64,000 bases of DNA from Pseudomonadota bacterium (GTDB lineage: Bacteria; Pseudomonadota; Alphaproteobacteria; Paracaedibacterales; CAIOTO01). The translations under genes were made by a program, and so were the position numbers. The stretch lies in assembly GCA_040387495.1 (NCBI GenBank), contig JAZKDQ010000013.1, positions 21,289 through 85,288 on the forward strand, written 5' to 3'. Under the pieces are notes generated by a model. The model saw nothing but the letters and a program-made list of their open reading frames with translations, made no database searches and was not told the DNA's origin. This document shows positions 20,044-29,432 of this stretch, piece by piece. Position 1 is the stretch's first letter, and the number at the start of each line of letters is the position of its first letter.

Positions 20044-20784
20044 ATGACTACATTTAAAAAACCAGGCAAAGTACAAGGTCTTAAAAGTTCAAAAAAACGC
20101 ACGGCTTCGTCGCGTCAATGGTTATTAAGGCAGCTTAATGACCCATTCGTTGCGCAAGCACGTAAAGAGGGCTATCGCTCGCGCGCAGCTTTTAAATTGC
20201 TCGAAATTAATGAAAAATTCAAGCTCATTAAAAAAGGCAGCTGCGTACTTGACCTTGGTGCCGCACCAGGTGGATGGTGCCAGGTATCAAAAACAATTGT
20301 TGGGGATAAAGGTGTCGTGCTCGGCGTTGATTTGCTCGAGATTGATCCCATTGCAGGTGTTGAATTCTTGCAAGGAAATTTCCATGATGACCAGATGCGC
20401 GATAAAATCATTAACACGTTTCAAGGGCAAAAAGCCGACGTTATTCTAAGTGACATGGCGGCCAGTTCATGCGGCATGTCAGATGTGGATCATGTTAGAT
20501 TAATTGCATTACTTGAGGCCGTGTACCAGTTTTCTTTTGACATGCTAAAACCAGGTGGCAGCTTTGTCGCTAAAGTTTTGCGTGGTGGAACGGAACATAA
20601 TTTGCTTGGGCAGCTTAAGCAATCATTTGTAAAGATCAGCCATTTTAAACCAAAATCGAGTCGCCAAGAGTCGTCAGAGCTATATGTTGTCGCGCAAGGT
20701 TTTAGGCCAAAAAAAGAAAATGATCCTCGCGAGATTCAAGAAGTGCATAACCTGAAAAAGGAGTCTGAAAATGACAATATTTGA
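20044..20784 (+). CDS. rlmE: 23S rRNA (uridine-2'-O)-methyltransferase RlmE/FtsJ
   Basis: SSRQWLLRQLNDPFV, YRSRAAFKLLEI, and the SAM motif VLDLGAAPGGW with DMA. ATG 20044 (MTTFKKPG) is preferred over the upstream track start at 20008. Confidence 0.9.
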   Translation: MTTFKKPGKVQGLKSSKKRTASSRQWLLRQLNDPFVAQARKEGYRSRAAFKLLEINEKFKLIKKGSCVLDLGAAPGGWCQVSKTIVGDKGVVLGVDLLEIDPIAGVEFLQGNFHDDQMRDKIINTFQGQKADVILSDMAASSCGMSDVDHVRLIALLEAVYQFSFDMLKPGGSFVAKVLRGGTEHNLLGQLKQSFVKISHFKPKSSRQESSELYVVAQGFRPKKENDPREIQEVHNLKKESENDNI

Positions 20785-21595
20785 TGGAATTATCATTGGC
20801 GTTGCGCTGCTATCTGCCTTAATGGGGTTGATGCGCGGCCTAACACGTGAAGTTCTTGGTCTTGCCTCGTGGATTGGTGGGGCATCGCTTACATTTGTTG
20901 GCATGCCGTTCGTACAAATCATTGCGCGTCGGTATATTCAAAATGGCATGATGGCTGATGTTGCTGCAGCTGTTGGATTGTTTCTGCTTTTTCTTATACT
21001 ATTTAGTGTGATTAGCCATACATTATCAGGCTTTATCAGACAAAGCGTACTCGGCGGTATTGATCGGTCACTCGGCTTTTTATTTGGCGTCGGGCGCGGC
21101 ATCATTGTGTTATGTATTTTCCAATTAATCATTAGCTGCTTCGTCCCACGTCACAAACAACCTGAAACCTTTCAAAACAATCGCTTTGCTCCTATGATTT
21201 ATAAAGGCAGTGACTTGATATTTAGTTTATTACCGCACCAAGTTGCATCGAAAATATTTGAACAACAACAAAAACTTATCGGTGATATTTCTATGGCTGC
21301 TACAGCGAACATGGGAAATGTGATGACAAATACCATGAATAATATGGTAAATGGCGCACCAGGATTCGCAACGCCAAGCCAAATGGCAAACAATTTAAAG
21401 CAATCACCAACCTCTCAACAAGAGGCTGAGAATTTAGCGCGCTTACAACCAAAAGCCGTTCTACCAACAGACGGCGCTAGCGTTACGGCAAAACAACAAA
21501 GTGATATGAATCGTTTTTTGAATTTGCAAGATATGGATGAAGAAAGCGCATTGGAAGCAGAATCGCAAGAGGAAATTGCCCCCCTGCACCTATGA
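20771..21595 (+). CDS. cvpA: CvpA-family membrane protein with a long low-complexity C-terminal extension
   Basis: 274-aa ORF. The N-terminal ~160 aa have the CvpA pattern (FDGIIIGVALLSALMGLMRGLTREVLGLASWIGG, four TM segments). The tail is M/N/Q/E-rich. It overlaps rlmE by 14 nt. Confidence 0.75.
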   Translation: MTIFDGIIIGVALLSALMGLMRGLTREVLGLASWIGGASLTFVGMPFVQIIARRYIQNGMMADVAAAVGLFLLFLILFSVISHTLSGFIRQSVLGGIDRSLGFLFGVGRGIIVLCIFQLIISCFVPRHKQPETFQNNRFAPMIYKGSDLIFSLLPHQVASKIFEQQQKLIGDISMAATANMGNVMTNTMNNMVNGAPGFATPSQMANNLKQSPTSQQEAENLARLQPKAVLPTDGASVTAKQQSDMNRFLNLQDMDEESALEAESQEEIAPLHL

Positions 21596-21823
21596 TGGCG
21601 CCGACAATGGTGCCTTAATAGCAAATGAGGCCGCAACAACAACCACAACAACAACCGATCATGCCAAGGCAGCCAGTAGTAATGCAGAAAAATATTCAGC
21701 AACCTATGCAACAGCCGGCACAACAACAAGTGCAGCAACCCCCACGTCGTTAATTAATGACTGACGCATCAAAATCGGAGAGTATCCTTATTAAAACACC
21801 TCATATAAAAAAGAAGAAAGAAA

Positions 21824-22645
21824 ATGAGAAAAATAATATACATCATAACGATACTTCTTCTGTTTCTTGAACGATCTTATTGCGCCTTTCCCGGGATATA
21901 TACGATAGAAAATCTAGAAAAATTATCAGAGATGTTGCGTGATGTCAGCGAAAACGATCTCGTTTTATTTGACGTTGACTACGTTTTAATAAATTGCGGC
22001 GATAAAATACTACGTCCTTGCGGAGAAAAGCTCAGGAAAGAGCTGAGAAAAAAGATAAAGCAGCTAGAAAAGCAGGAAAAAGATTTTTTAGACGGTCAAA
22101 CTCTCCTGAATGCTAAGGTTGAATTAGTTGATTTGGGAATGCCTGCTTTCATTGAAAAGCTACAAAAAAAATCACAGTATGTTATTGGATTCACCTCTTC
22201 TGGGATTGGACCATTAGGCCCAATATCAAGTCAGGAGGAACTGAGGCTGGCTCATCTTCGTCAGCTTGGAATTGATTTTAGCAGTGCATTTCCTGCCCAC
22301 AAAAATATATATAGTATGAAAGTCTCTGGTTTATTCCCGGTATTTTATCAAGGCATCCTTTTTACGATACCTGACAAAAAGGGAGAGTCTTTAATGATTT
22401 TCTTAAATAAAATTAAATTTCAGCCGCGAAAAATTATTTTCATAGACGACCGAATAGAAAATATAAGATCTGTTGCAGCCGAATGTATTAAAAATAAAAT
22501 TGAATTTGTAGGGCTACATTATATTGCAGCAGCAAGTTTATCTGAACAAGCTGATGAAAAAGTGGCTCGGTACCAATATGACTATCTGATTAAAAACAAA
22601 CGATGGTTGAGTGATGCCGAAGCTAAATTGCAGATTGAAAATTAG
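21824..22645 (+). CDS. Secreted HAD-superfamily-like protein (DUF2608-like)
   Basis: 273-aa ORF with leader MRKIIYIITILLLFLERSYCA. It has a HAD motif I-like LVLFDVDYVLI and a motif IV-like IIFIDDRIENI. The family assignment is from memory and unverified. Confidence 0.5.
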   Translation: MRKIIYIITILLLFLERSYCAFPGIYTIENLEKLSEMLRDVSENDLVLFDVDYVLINCGDKILRPCGEKLRKELRKKIKQLEKQEKDFLDGQTLLNAKVELVDLGMPAFIEKLQKKSQYVIGFTSSGIGPLGPISSQEELRLAHLRQLGIDFSSAFPAHKNIYSMKVSGLFPVFYQGILFTIPDKKGESLMIFLNKIKFQPRKIIFIDDRIENIRSVAAECIKNKIEFVGLHYIAAASLSEQADEKVARYQYDYLIKNKRWLSDAEAKLQIEN

Positions 22646-22722
22646 ACATGATGCTGCAATCTAATATGATATCTTAAAGTACCCATCATTTTTGGCCCTT
22701 AAGTGTGTGCATAATAAATAGC

Positions 22723-23961
22723 TCATCCCCGCAGCCCATCAACCGGGTCAAGACTCGACGCACGCCATGATGGGTATAGTGTTGCCAAAAATGATAATCC
22801 AATCCCCATAGCAACAATCCGTAATACTTCATCAAACTCAACTTTGGCAGGCAGAGTTGATAGGAAATAGATTTCCTCAGAAAACAGTTCGGCGCCTGTC
22901 ATGCTTTGCAGAAATTGCCTGATCCCCTCAATATTAAGTGCGAATGACAACCCCAGTGCAACGCCCAGCAATGTACCGACGCCGCCTATGCTCGCCCCTG
23001 TTAAAAAGAAAATCTTTAGAATCGTATTTTTTGTAGCGCCCATCGTGCGTAAAATCGCAATATCACGGGTTTTGTCTTTTACCATCATGATCAAGCCTGA
23101 AACGATATTGAAAGATGCAATCAAAATAATAAGCGTCAGAATCAAGAACATCACATTCCTCTCCATTTTAACAGCATGCATAATACTAAGATCACTATGA
23201 CGCCAATCTATAGCTCGCACTGTTTGGCCGAGTGCTGTCTGCAACACATGCGCAAGATTTGGCGCTAAATTATCCTGTGCTGAAAACACGTCGATTTGTG
23301 ATATTTGGTCACTTGCTTTAAAGAAACTTTGCGCTGTTGTTAGCGGCATGAAAACAAAATTCTTATCGAATTGCGCCATCCCTACATGAAATATACCCGC
23401 CACAATAAATGTCTTTTGGCGCGGCATTGTACCAAAAGCTGTTGCTGTACCTTGCTGCGAGAGCAGTGTTAATTTATCACCGACATCAAGATGCAGTGTC
23501 TCCGCCATGCGCCTGCCGATAAACACGTGATCACCGACAAACTGCTCAATAGCCGTTTCAGGCATCAATTTAATACGCTCGCGCCCTGTGATCGCATTGG
23601 CCGGCAACCCTTGAACCATCACCCCGGATGCATTGTTTTTAGCCATGGCGATTGCTTGACGTTCAAGCATTGGATAAGCCAAACGCACACCGGGCACACT
23701 TTGAATAAGTGCGAGTTGTTCTTTGTTTTCAGGCAACGGAGTCGCAGAGGATGACTGAACGGTTACGTGACCGCGCATTGCAACAAGCGAGCCAAATAGC
23801 TCCTGCCTAAAACCGTTCATCACTGCCATTACAACAATCAGTGTTGCAACGCCAAGAGCAATGCCAAGGAATGAAAACCACGCAATGACAGATACAAACC
23901 CTTCGCGGCGGGCAGAGAACAAATAGCGAAAGGCGACAAAACGCTCAAAGGATGAAAACAT
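22723..23961 (-). CDS. lolC: Lipoprotein-releasing ABC transporter permease, LolC/LolE family
   Basis: FERFVAFRYLFSARREGFVS start, a MacB-like periplasmic domain and a C-terminal FtsX domain (DIAILRTMGA). ATG 23961 (MFSSFERF) is preferred to the 29-codon upstream extension in the track. Confidence 0.85.
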   Translation of the reverse strand: MFSSFERFVAFRYLFSARREGFVSVIAWFSFLGIALGVATLIVVMAVMNGFRQELFGSLVAMRGHVTVQSSSATPLPENKEQLALIQSVPGVRLAYPMLERQAIAMAKNNASGVMVQGLPANAITGRERIKLMPETAIEQFVGDHVFIGRRMAETLHLDVGDKLTLLSQQGTATAFGTMPRQKTFIVAGIFHVGMAQFDKNFVFMPLTTAQSFFKASDQISQIDVFSAQDNLAPNLAHVLQTALGQTVRAIDWRHSDLSIMHAVKMERNVMFLILTLIILIASFNIVSGLIMMVKDKTRDIAILRTMGATKNTILKIFFLTGASIGGVGTLLGVALGLSFALNIEGIRQFLQSMTGAELFSEEIYFLSTLPAKVEFDEVLRIVAMGIGLSFLATLYPSWRASSLDPVDGLRG

Positions 23962-24158
23962 GATAAATTCCGTTTGCTCTAAATTATTATCTCCAGACTT
24001 CCGAAGATAACAGAAAAAGTTAATAAATGACAAGAAGACCAGTCTCAATAAGATTTGTGTAGAAAGACATCAAGATACCAGCAGCGAAGTTTACTGCAGT
24101 AAATGAGCAGCACAGATATCGCCGAGCGCTGCACTAATCAAGACTTAGCGAATTGGTA

Positions 24159-24476
24159 TTAGCCAAGGTTCTTCATCAATAACATATCACGCATCAAATT
24201 CAAAGGTGTGGAACGCCCTTGCTTGATCTTCATTTCTGATAAAACAGCTCGAACAAATCGACGACGTGACTTTGGATCTTGGATATTGCGCATTTGTTGA
24301 TTGATGATCAGGCGATGCCAAAAAACGGCTTCAGCGGCAAGTTCTGTGTTGTTGAATCCATGTGTTAGGTCAAGCGACGGCAAAGGTGCACGAGGCGCAG
24401 CCATCTGCTTTGGTGCCTTGACTGCCTCAACAGGTGTGCTTTTTGCACCAAAAAGGCTTTTTTGTTGAATGGCCAT
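24159..24476 (-). CDS. Small conserved-looking hypothetical protein
   Basis: 105-aa ORF whose composition resembles the housekeeping genes. No family was recognised. Confidence 0.45.
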   Translation of the reverse strand: MAIQQKSLFGAKSTPVEAVKAPKQMAAPRAPLPSLDLTHGFNNTELAAEAVFWHRLIINQQMRNIQDPKSRRRFVRAVLSEMKIKQGRSTPLNLMRDMLLMKNLG

Positions 24477-24707
24477 GGGAGGTTCTTTTGTTTTGTGTGT
24501 TGTTTCTTGAGTTAGGCAAAGTTTAGCACGCGGGTGGACAGATTGGAAGGTTTAGCAAAGGACTCATGTGCCCAAATTCATGTTCAGAAACATGCACTTC
24601 CTATCCATGCCACCTTTTACTTATTATTTCATCTTTCAGCAAAAGCTTGATTTTCACCCTGCTCCCCTTCAAAATGGACGCAACCATTCAATTTTCTGGA
24701 ACACACG

Positions 24708-25304
24708 ATGACAGACGACTCAGCTGCCCACGATTCACCCGCACAAGATTCTTCAACGGGCGATTCAGCCGAACACAAAACCGATGGCACAACGCGTCGT
24801 GACTTTCTAACATTAACGGCCTCTGCCGTAGGCGTAGTCGGTGTGGGCGCAGTTGCGATTCCATTTATTAATAGCATGAACCCAGCAGCAGATGTGCTTG
24901 CACAGGCATCAATCGATGTAGAGCTTGGTGATATTCAGCCAGGCACCAGCAAAGTTGTAATGTGGCGCGGAAAACCTGTATTTATCAGGCATCGCACACA
25001 AACTGAAATTGATAAGGCACAAAAAACATCATTGCGCGAATTGCCTGACCCACAGACAGATCAAGAACGTTTCTCTAAAAACCCTGCATGGCTTGTAGTA
25101 GTAGGTGTATGCACGCATTTGGGATGTGTGCCAAATGAACGTCGCGGTATGCAAGCGGATGGTATAGATGGCGGCTGGTTATGTGCGTGCCATGGATCTG
25201 TTTATGATGGATCAGGTCGCATTGTAAAAGGACCCGCGCCTAAAAACCTAGAGGTGCCAGCGTATCAATTCATGAATGGTAACAAGACATTACGCATTGG
25301 GTAA
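24708..25304 (+). CDS. petA: Ubiquinol-cytochrome c reductase iron-sulfur (Rieske) subunit
   Basis: 198-aa ORF with a Tat-like [22 protein letters not shown] and the Rieske boxes CTHLGCVP and CACHGSVYD. Confidence 0.93.
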   Translation: MTDDSAAHDSPAQDSSTGDSAEHKTDGTTRRDFLTLTASAVGVVGVGAVAIPFINSMNPAADVLAQASIDVELGDIQPGTSKVVMWRGKPVFIRHRTQTEIDKAQKTSLRELPDPQTDQERFSKNPAWLVVVGVCTHLGCVPNERRGMQADGIDGGWLCACHGSVYDGSGRIVKGPAPKNLEVPAYQFMNGNKTLRIG

Positions 25305-25389
25305 TTCCAGCATACTAAATTAATTCTAAGATTTATCAAAAAAAGCTTGCTCTTTGCTGTAGTTTTTTGCATAGTAACAGTTGTAAATT

Positions 25390-25479
25390 GGATGGGTGGC
25401 CGAGCGGTTGAAGGCACCGGTCTTGAAAACCGGCGAGGGTGTGAGCTCTCCGTGAGTTCGAATCTCACCCCATCCGCCA
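25390..25479 (+). tRNA. tRNA-Ser (anticodon UGA), CCA encoded
   Basis: Acceptor stem GGATGGG/CCCATCC. Anticodon stem CCGGT/ACCGG with loop CTTGAAA. Long variable arm. T-arm GTGAG-TTCGAAT-CTCAC. 3' end G-CCA. Total length 90 nt. Confidence 0.9.
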
Positions 25480-25536
25480 TAAACTCTTGTTATGAGTTGG
25501 CGATAATAGGTCAAGCAAAAAAGTATCTTGTTTGAC

Positions 25537-25582
25537 GTGGTTCTAACTTTCAGAAACCACAATTCCTTTTTCTTATTTTTTA
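25537..25582 (+). terminator. Rho-independent terminator after tRNA-Ser
   Basis: GTGGTTCT / AGAAACCAC hairpin with one bulge, followed by a T-rich run (AATTCCTTTTTCTTATTTTTT). Confidence 0.5.
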
Positions 25583-25697
25583 AATATTAAATTAAAATGA
25601 ATTTTTTAAATTGAAAAAAAACATAAAAAACTAATTCCTTTTGAAGGTTTAAACACATATTTTAATTTTATTGTGCATACAATGAATTGATTTTATC

Positions 25698-27068
25698 ATG
25701 GCTCAAACATCCATTCCTATTCCGATGGAAACTAAAAAATCTGTAGCGATCGTCCTTATTGGTAATTTTTTGGATTTTTTTGATCTTTTATTAGCAACGC
25801 ACCTCACAATTGTATTAACTAAGATTTTTTTGCCTGTTGAAACGGCACTTGCGCCTCTTTTAACTACTTTCGCATTTTGCTCTGCATTTTGTATCAGACC
25901 ACTTGCGGCTCTTTTTTGGGGGTACGTAGGTGATAATATTGGCCGGGTTCCTGTGTTGATAGCCACAACATTTTTAATGTCTATTACATGCCTTTTAATC
26001 CCTAATATTCCGTCGTATGCAGAATGGGGGATGGCCTCGGCAGTTCTATTTTTAATCTTAAGGCTTGTGCAGGGGTTTGCATCGGGCGGCGAATGTATTG
26101 CCGCAGATGTGTTTATCACTGAAACAGTGCCGAAACCTAAGGTTTATTTTTATAGCGCATTGGTAGAGGCAACGTGTTCATTAGGCGGACTGGTTGCGTG
26201 TGGACTTGGGGCGTTATGTTTGTATTTGTCTCCTGAACAAGGGTGGAAAATCCCTTTTTATATTGGTTCTGGTGTTGCTGTTCTTGGCACCATTGCGCGA
26301 AAAACATTAAAGGAAACCCCTGAATTTTTAAAGTCTCTTCAGGAACGTGAAAAAACTAAGGCAACAACCTTTTATACATCACTAAATTATCGCAATCGAA
26401 ATATCCCCGCCCTCTTTGCCATGTATGTATTCCCAGCTGTTGGGTTCTATTTTTCATGGGCTTACATTCCATTGGTATTAACAAATAAGTTAGGTATTAG
26501 TCCCAATATCGTAATGACACAAACAACGATTGTTTTGTTTATTACCATGTGTGTAGAAATATTGTATGGGGTGCTGGGTTTACGCATTCATCCATTTAAA
26601 ATTTTAAAATTTAAGCTAATTGCTCTGTTGTGTATTTTACCTGTATTTGCGTTATGTTCGGATAATATCCAAAATTATTGGGCTTTAACTGTTATCCAGA
26701 TAGCTGTAGCGTGTTTAGGGCAAGGGTTAACGCCCGCCGCACCTATTATCAATAAAAGCTTTCCAGTTATAGGGCGATATACCAATCTTCTATTAATTTG
26801 GGCATTTTCACATTCGTTAATGTATTTATTAACAGGATATGTATGCGAACAAATTACACGCTTTTCTACGTTATGCATGGTTCTTTTTGGTGCGGTCATT
26901 ATTTCATTTATCGGGGTTAATTTGTTTAATCCTGAAAATAAATCAAAAAGCATTGGCTGTAATGTGTCAGCAAATAATTTTAGTGACTTAGATGCATTAG
27001 ATGATGTGAATGAGCTAAAGAGAAGAACAAAAATGATCAAAAAATGGTTTGTTAATCGTTCGTTCTGA
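25698..27068 (+). CDS. MFS transporter (ProP-like metabolite/H+ symporter family)
   Basis: 456-aa ORF with ~12 TM segments. It has the LIGNFLDFFDL N-terminus, the motif GYVGDNIGRVPVL and RLVQGFASGGE. Confidence 0.85.
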   Translation: MAQTSIPIPMETKKSVAIVLIGNFLDFFDLLLATHLTIVLTKIFLPVETALAPLLTTFAFCSAFCIRPLAALFWGYVGDNIGRVPVLIATTFLMSITCLLIPNIPSYAEWGMASAVLFLILRLVQGFASGGECIAADVFITETVPKPKVYFYSALVEATCSLGGLVACGLGALCLYLSPEQGWKIPFYIGSGVAVLGTIARKTLKETPEFLKSLQEREKTKATTFYTSLNYRNRNIPALFAMYVFPAVGFYFSWAYIPLVLTNKLGISPNIVMTQTTIVLFITMCVEILYGVLGLRIHPFKILKFKLIALLCILPVFALCSDNIQNYWALTVIQIAVACLGQGLTPAAPIINKSFPVIGRYTNLLLIWAFSHSLMYLLTGYVCEQITRFSTLCMVLFGAVIISFIGVNLFNPENKSKSIGCNVSANNFSDLDALDDVNELKRRTKMIKKWFVNRSF

Positions 27069-27201
27069 GAAACAGGGAAAAAGGAAGTAGTTAAGGTCTA
27101 AAGCCAATTGATCAAAAGATTGCATATTGCTGCTTATATCTGTTATTTTCTATTGAAGTGTTTATTATTAATTTCATTCCTTAACACCATAGCGAGATCA
27201 T

Positions 27202-27948
27202 ATGGCTGGCCATTCCCAATTTAAAAACATCATGCACCGCAAAGGTGCGCAAGATTCAAAACGCGCACGCACGTTTGCAAAGCTTACACGTGAAATTATT
27301 GTGGCTGCGAAATCGGGTCTACCAGATCCTGCGACAAATCCACGGCTACGATCGGCACTTGCTGCTGCGCGAGGCGTTAATATGCCGAAAGATAACATTG
27401 AACGTGCCCTTAAAAAAGTTATTGGTGGCGAAGAGAATACGAACTATGATGAAGTACGCTACGAAGGCTACGGCGCTGGCGGCGTTGCTGTGATCATCGA
27501 AGGTTTAACCGATAACCGCAATCGTACAGCTTCTGAAATACGGTCCATTTTTTCGAAACATGGCGGCAGTCTTGGTGAAACAGGCGGTGTTGCATTTCAA
27601 TTCGAACGTGTTGGTTTGATTCGTTTCGATCGCGCAAAAGGGTTTGATACCGTATTCGAGGCCGCTGTCGAAGCCGGCGCCGATAATGTTGATGATACTG
27701 AAGATGCGCTTGAGATCACCTGCCCTATGGATGCATTTGCAACGGTTCGCGATGCTGTGATTGAAACACTTGGTGACCCGATGGAAGCGAAAATCATGTG
27801 GCGCCCATTGAACACGATTAGTTGCGATGAAGATATTGCGCGTACATTAATTAAGATGATTGATACACTTGAAGACAATGATGATGTGCAAAATGTGTAC
27901 GCAAATTTTGAAGTAACAGATGAGGTTGCTCAGAAATTGGCAAGCTGA
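27202..27948 (+). CDS. YebC/PmpR-family DNA-binding transcriptional regulator
   Basis: 248-aa ORF beginning [32 protein letters not shown], with [15 protein letters not shown]. Confidence 0.93.
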   Translation: MAGHSQFKNIMHRKGAQDSKRARTFAKLTREIIVAAKSGLPDPATNPRLRSALAAARGVNMPKDNIERALKKVIGGEENTNYDEVRYEGYGAGGVAVIIEGLTDNRNRTASEIRSIFSKHGGSLGETGGVAFQFERVGLIRFDRAKGFDTVFEAAVEAGADNVDDTEDALEITCPMDAFATVRDAVIETLGDPMEAKIMWRPLNTISCDEDIARTLIKMIDTLEDNDDVQNVYANFEVTDEVAQKLAS

Positions 27949-28023
27949 TCTCAATTTCTATTATCATCGTGGAATTTGGCCCTTGTTGTTTGAGCGTTTT
28001 GCAATAAAAAAATCTCACTCTCC

Positions 28024-28063
28024 GTCATCACGAGGAACCATCGGTGACAGGAGTGATCCAGGA
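28024..28063. repeat. Solo arm of the MITE-like element
   Basis: gtcatcacgaggaaccatcggtgacaggagtgatccagga matches the left arm at 32791 (catcacgaggagcacagctctgtaaccatccag). No partner arm was found. Confidence 0.5.
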
Positions 28064-28100
28064 TGTTGGGAATAATGAATTGACCTCAGTAGCAAAAATA

Positions 28101-29018
28101 ATGAAACCCTACCCAAAGAGCACACAACATACGGCTTCCCTCTGGAATAAGAAGGGAGCCTTTTTTATTGTATTATCCGCCTTACTGGCGAGCACAAGTA
28201 ATGCGCTGGTTCATGGGCTTGCAACGCCAATCTCTGCCGGGCAATTGCTTTTTCTAAAAGCAGGAATTGGTTTTCTATTTTGCCTTCCATGGTTGCTTCG
28301 TCATTGGTCAAGCGTTGAGCACACGCCAAACAAACGGTGGCACGCACAAAAAGCAATCATTGGCGCAATTGGAAATGTTCTTTTAATCATGGCGTTGCAA
28401 AAATTACCCCTCGCTGATGTGACGACGTTATCATTAACAAGCGCGATCCTTACAACACTCGGTGCGGCGCTATTTTTCAAAGAATCGCTTAGGCCATCGA
28501 CAATCGCAGCGCTACTGTTAGGCGGCATCGGTGTGTGCGTTGTGCTAAAACCATCAATGACGATGTTTTCATGGGATGCACTGTTGCCATTGATGTCAGC
28601 CGTTTGTTACACAGCCTCATCATTGTTTGTGAAAAAAGTATCCCTTGTTGACTCAACAGAGGTATCACTCACTTACTTGCTCGGCGGGATGACGCTCCTA
28701 AGTGCCCCGTTTGCTTATCATTCATGGGTGCCTATTCATGCGTGGGATTGTGTGGCCCTTGCTGTCATCGCATGCTTTTATTGTGTTGTGCAGTGGTTGT
28801 TGATTTATAGTTATGCTCATGCAAGCGCGGCATTTCTAGCGCCATTTAAATTCGTACGTTTCCCGTTGGCGTGCGCTTTTGGCATCATTTGGTTTGGTGA
28901 AATCCCATCCTGGTACGTTATCGGTGGCGGCGTATTGATTTTTGCTTCGTGTAGTTTGATTCAATACACGCGTTATGATCCATCGTATTTGTTAGCGCAA
29001 CGGTCTAAAATGACATAA
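28101..29018 (+). CDS. EamA/DMT-family transporter
   Basis: Ten predicted TM segments in two EamA-like halves. ATG 28101 (MKPYPKST) is preferred, because the GTG 28044 extension is encoded by the repeat arm. Confidence 0.8.
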   Translation: MKPYPKSTQHTASLWNKKGAFFIVLSALLASTSNALVHGLATPISAGQLLFLKAGIGFLFCLPWLLRHWSSVEHTPNKRWHAQKAIIGAIGNVLLIMALQKLPLADVTTLSLTSAILTTLGAALFFKESLRPSTIAALLLGGIGVCVVLKPSMTMFSWDALLPLMSAVCYTASSLFVKKVSLVDSTEVSLTYLLGGMTLLSAPFAYHSWVPIHAWDCVALAVIACFYCVVQWLLIYSYAHASAAFLAPFKFVRFPLACAFGIIWFGEIPSWYVIGGGVLIFASCSLIQYTRYDPSYLLAQRSKMT

Positions 29019-29194
29019 TCTTTCAAACAAAAGCGAAATTAATCTTCGTAGCTTTTTGCAAGTTCCGTCGCATCTGTGAAAGCTGGACCTAAAAGGCTAA
29101 GCATTCCCCCCCCTATATTTGCATAACAAGGGGTAATTAAGAAAAAGACTAGAACGTATGATTTAATATAAAATTTCATACAAGATTTCTTCCG

Positions 29195-29312
29195 CTAAAT
29201 ATTCACATGTTTGAAAACTGCGCATTCTGTTGAATAAACAAAAACCGAGATTTCTCATATTTACGCATGATTGCGTTACATTCTTGCATGCACGTTACTG
29301 AATTCTGCGAAC
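29195..29312 (-). pseudogene. Decayed duplicate of the parE 3' end
   Basis: Starting at the stop codon, 29195-29263 aligns with parE 30697-30765. 21 of the first 26 nt are identical. After a 1-nt gap there is a perfect 15-mer (ttgaataaacaaaaa). Weaker similarity continues to about 29312 (ctgaattctgcg vs ctgaatccgtcgc). The frame is broken. Confidence 0.8.
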
Positions 29313-29347
29313 AAACGTCAATATATTTTCATGAGTGAATTTGATAA

Positions 29348-29395
29348 ATGGTGATAATTTCACCATTATGTGGTGATAATTTCACCATTATGGTG
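29348..29395. promoter_or_regulatory. Operator-like array: perfect 22-bp tandem repeat giving five alternating ATGGTGA/TCACCAT half-sites, overlapping the predicted promoter of 29433-30635
   Basis: tggtgataatttcaccattatg is repeated exactly at 29349-29370 and 29371-29392. The half-sites lie at 29348-54 (+), 29360-66 (-), 29371-76 (+), 29382-88 (-) and 29390-95 (+). TAAAAT at 29406-29411 is a likely -10, and AAGG lies ~10 nt before ATG 29433. Confidence 0.55.
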
Positions 29396-29432
29396 CTACA
29401 CTAGTTAAAATACTTAATAAGGCATTGCTTTT

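Noticed and set aside
21751-21823. Search for a lolC/E 3'-end duplicate upstream of 21824-22645
   Set aside because: Only a shared catcaa hexamer was found, with no extended alignment.
24090-24103. Perfect 14-bp palindrome TTTACTGCAGTAAA between lolC/E and the 105-aa gene
   Set aside because: It is an isolated short palindrome with no T-tract and no second copy in the window. A function cannot be assigned from sequence alone.
24521-24557. Direct repeat GTTTAGCA (24521-24528 and 24550-24557) with adjacent GCAAAG words upstream of petA
   Set aside because: It is short and occurs only twice. It could be a regulator site but is equally compatible with chance.
25265-25562. Three 62-78-aa ORFs overlapping 25326-25562
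   Set aside because: They overlap the tRNA-Ser gene and its terminator, so they are spurious.
28044-28100. GTG-initiated N-terminal extension of the EamA transporter (MTGVIQDVGNNELTSVAKI)
   Set aside because: The extension is encoded by the solo repeat arm (28024-28063). ATG 28101 gives a normal N-terminus.
29101-29113. C8 homopolymer (attccccccccta) in the eamA-cassette spacer
   Set aside because: It has no adjacent ORF or promoter that it could phase-vary. It lies ~80 bp before the parE remnant and was noted only as a possible sequencing-error hotspot.
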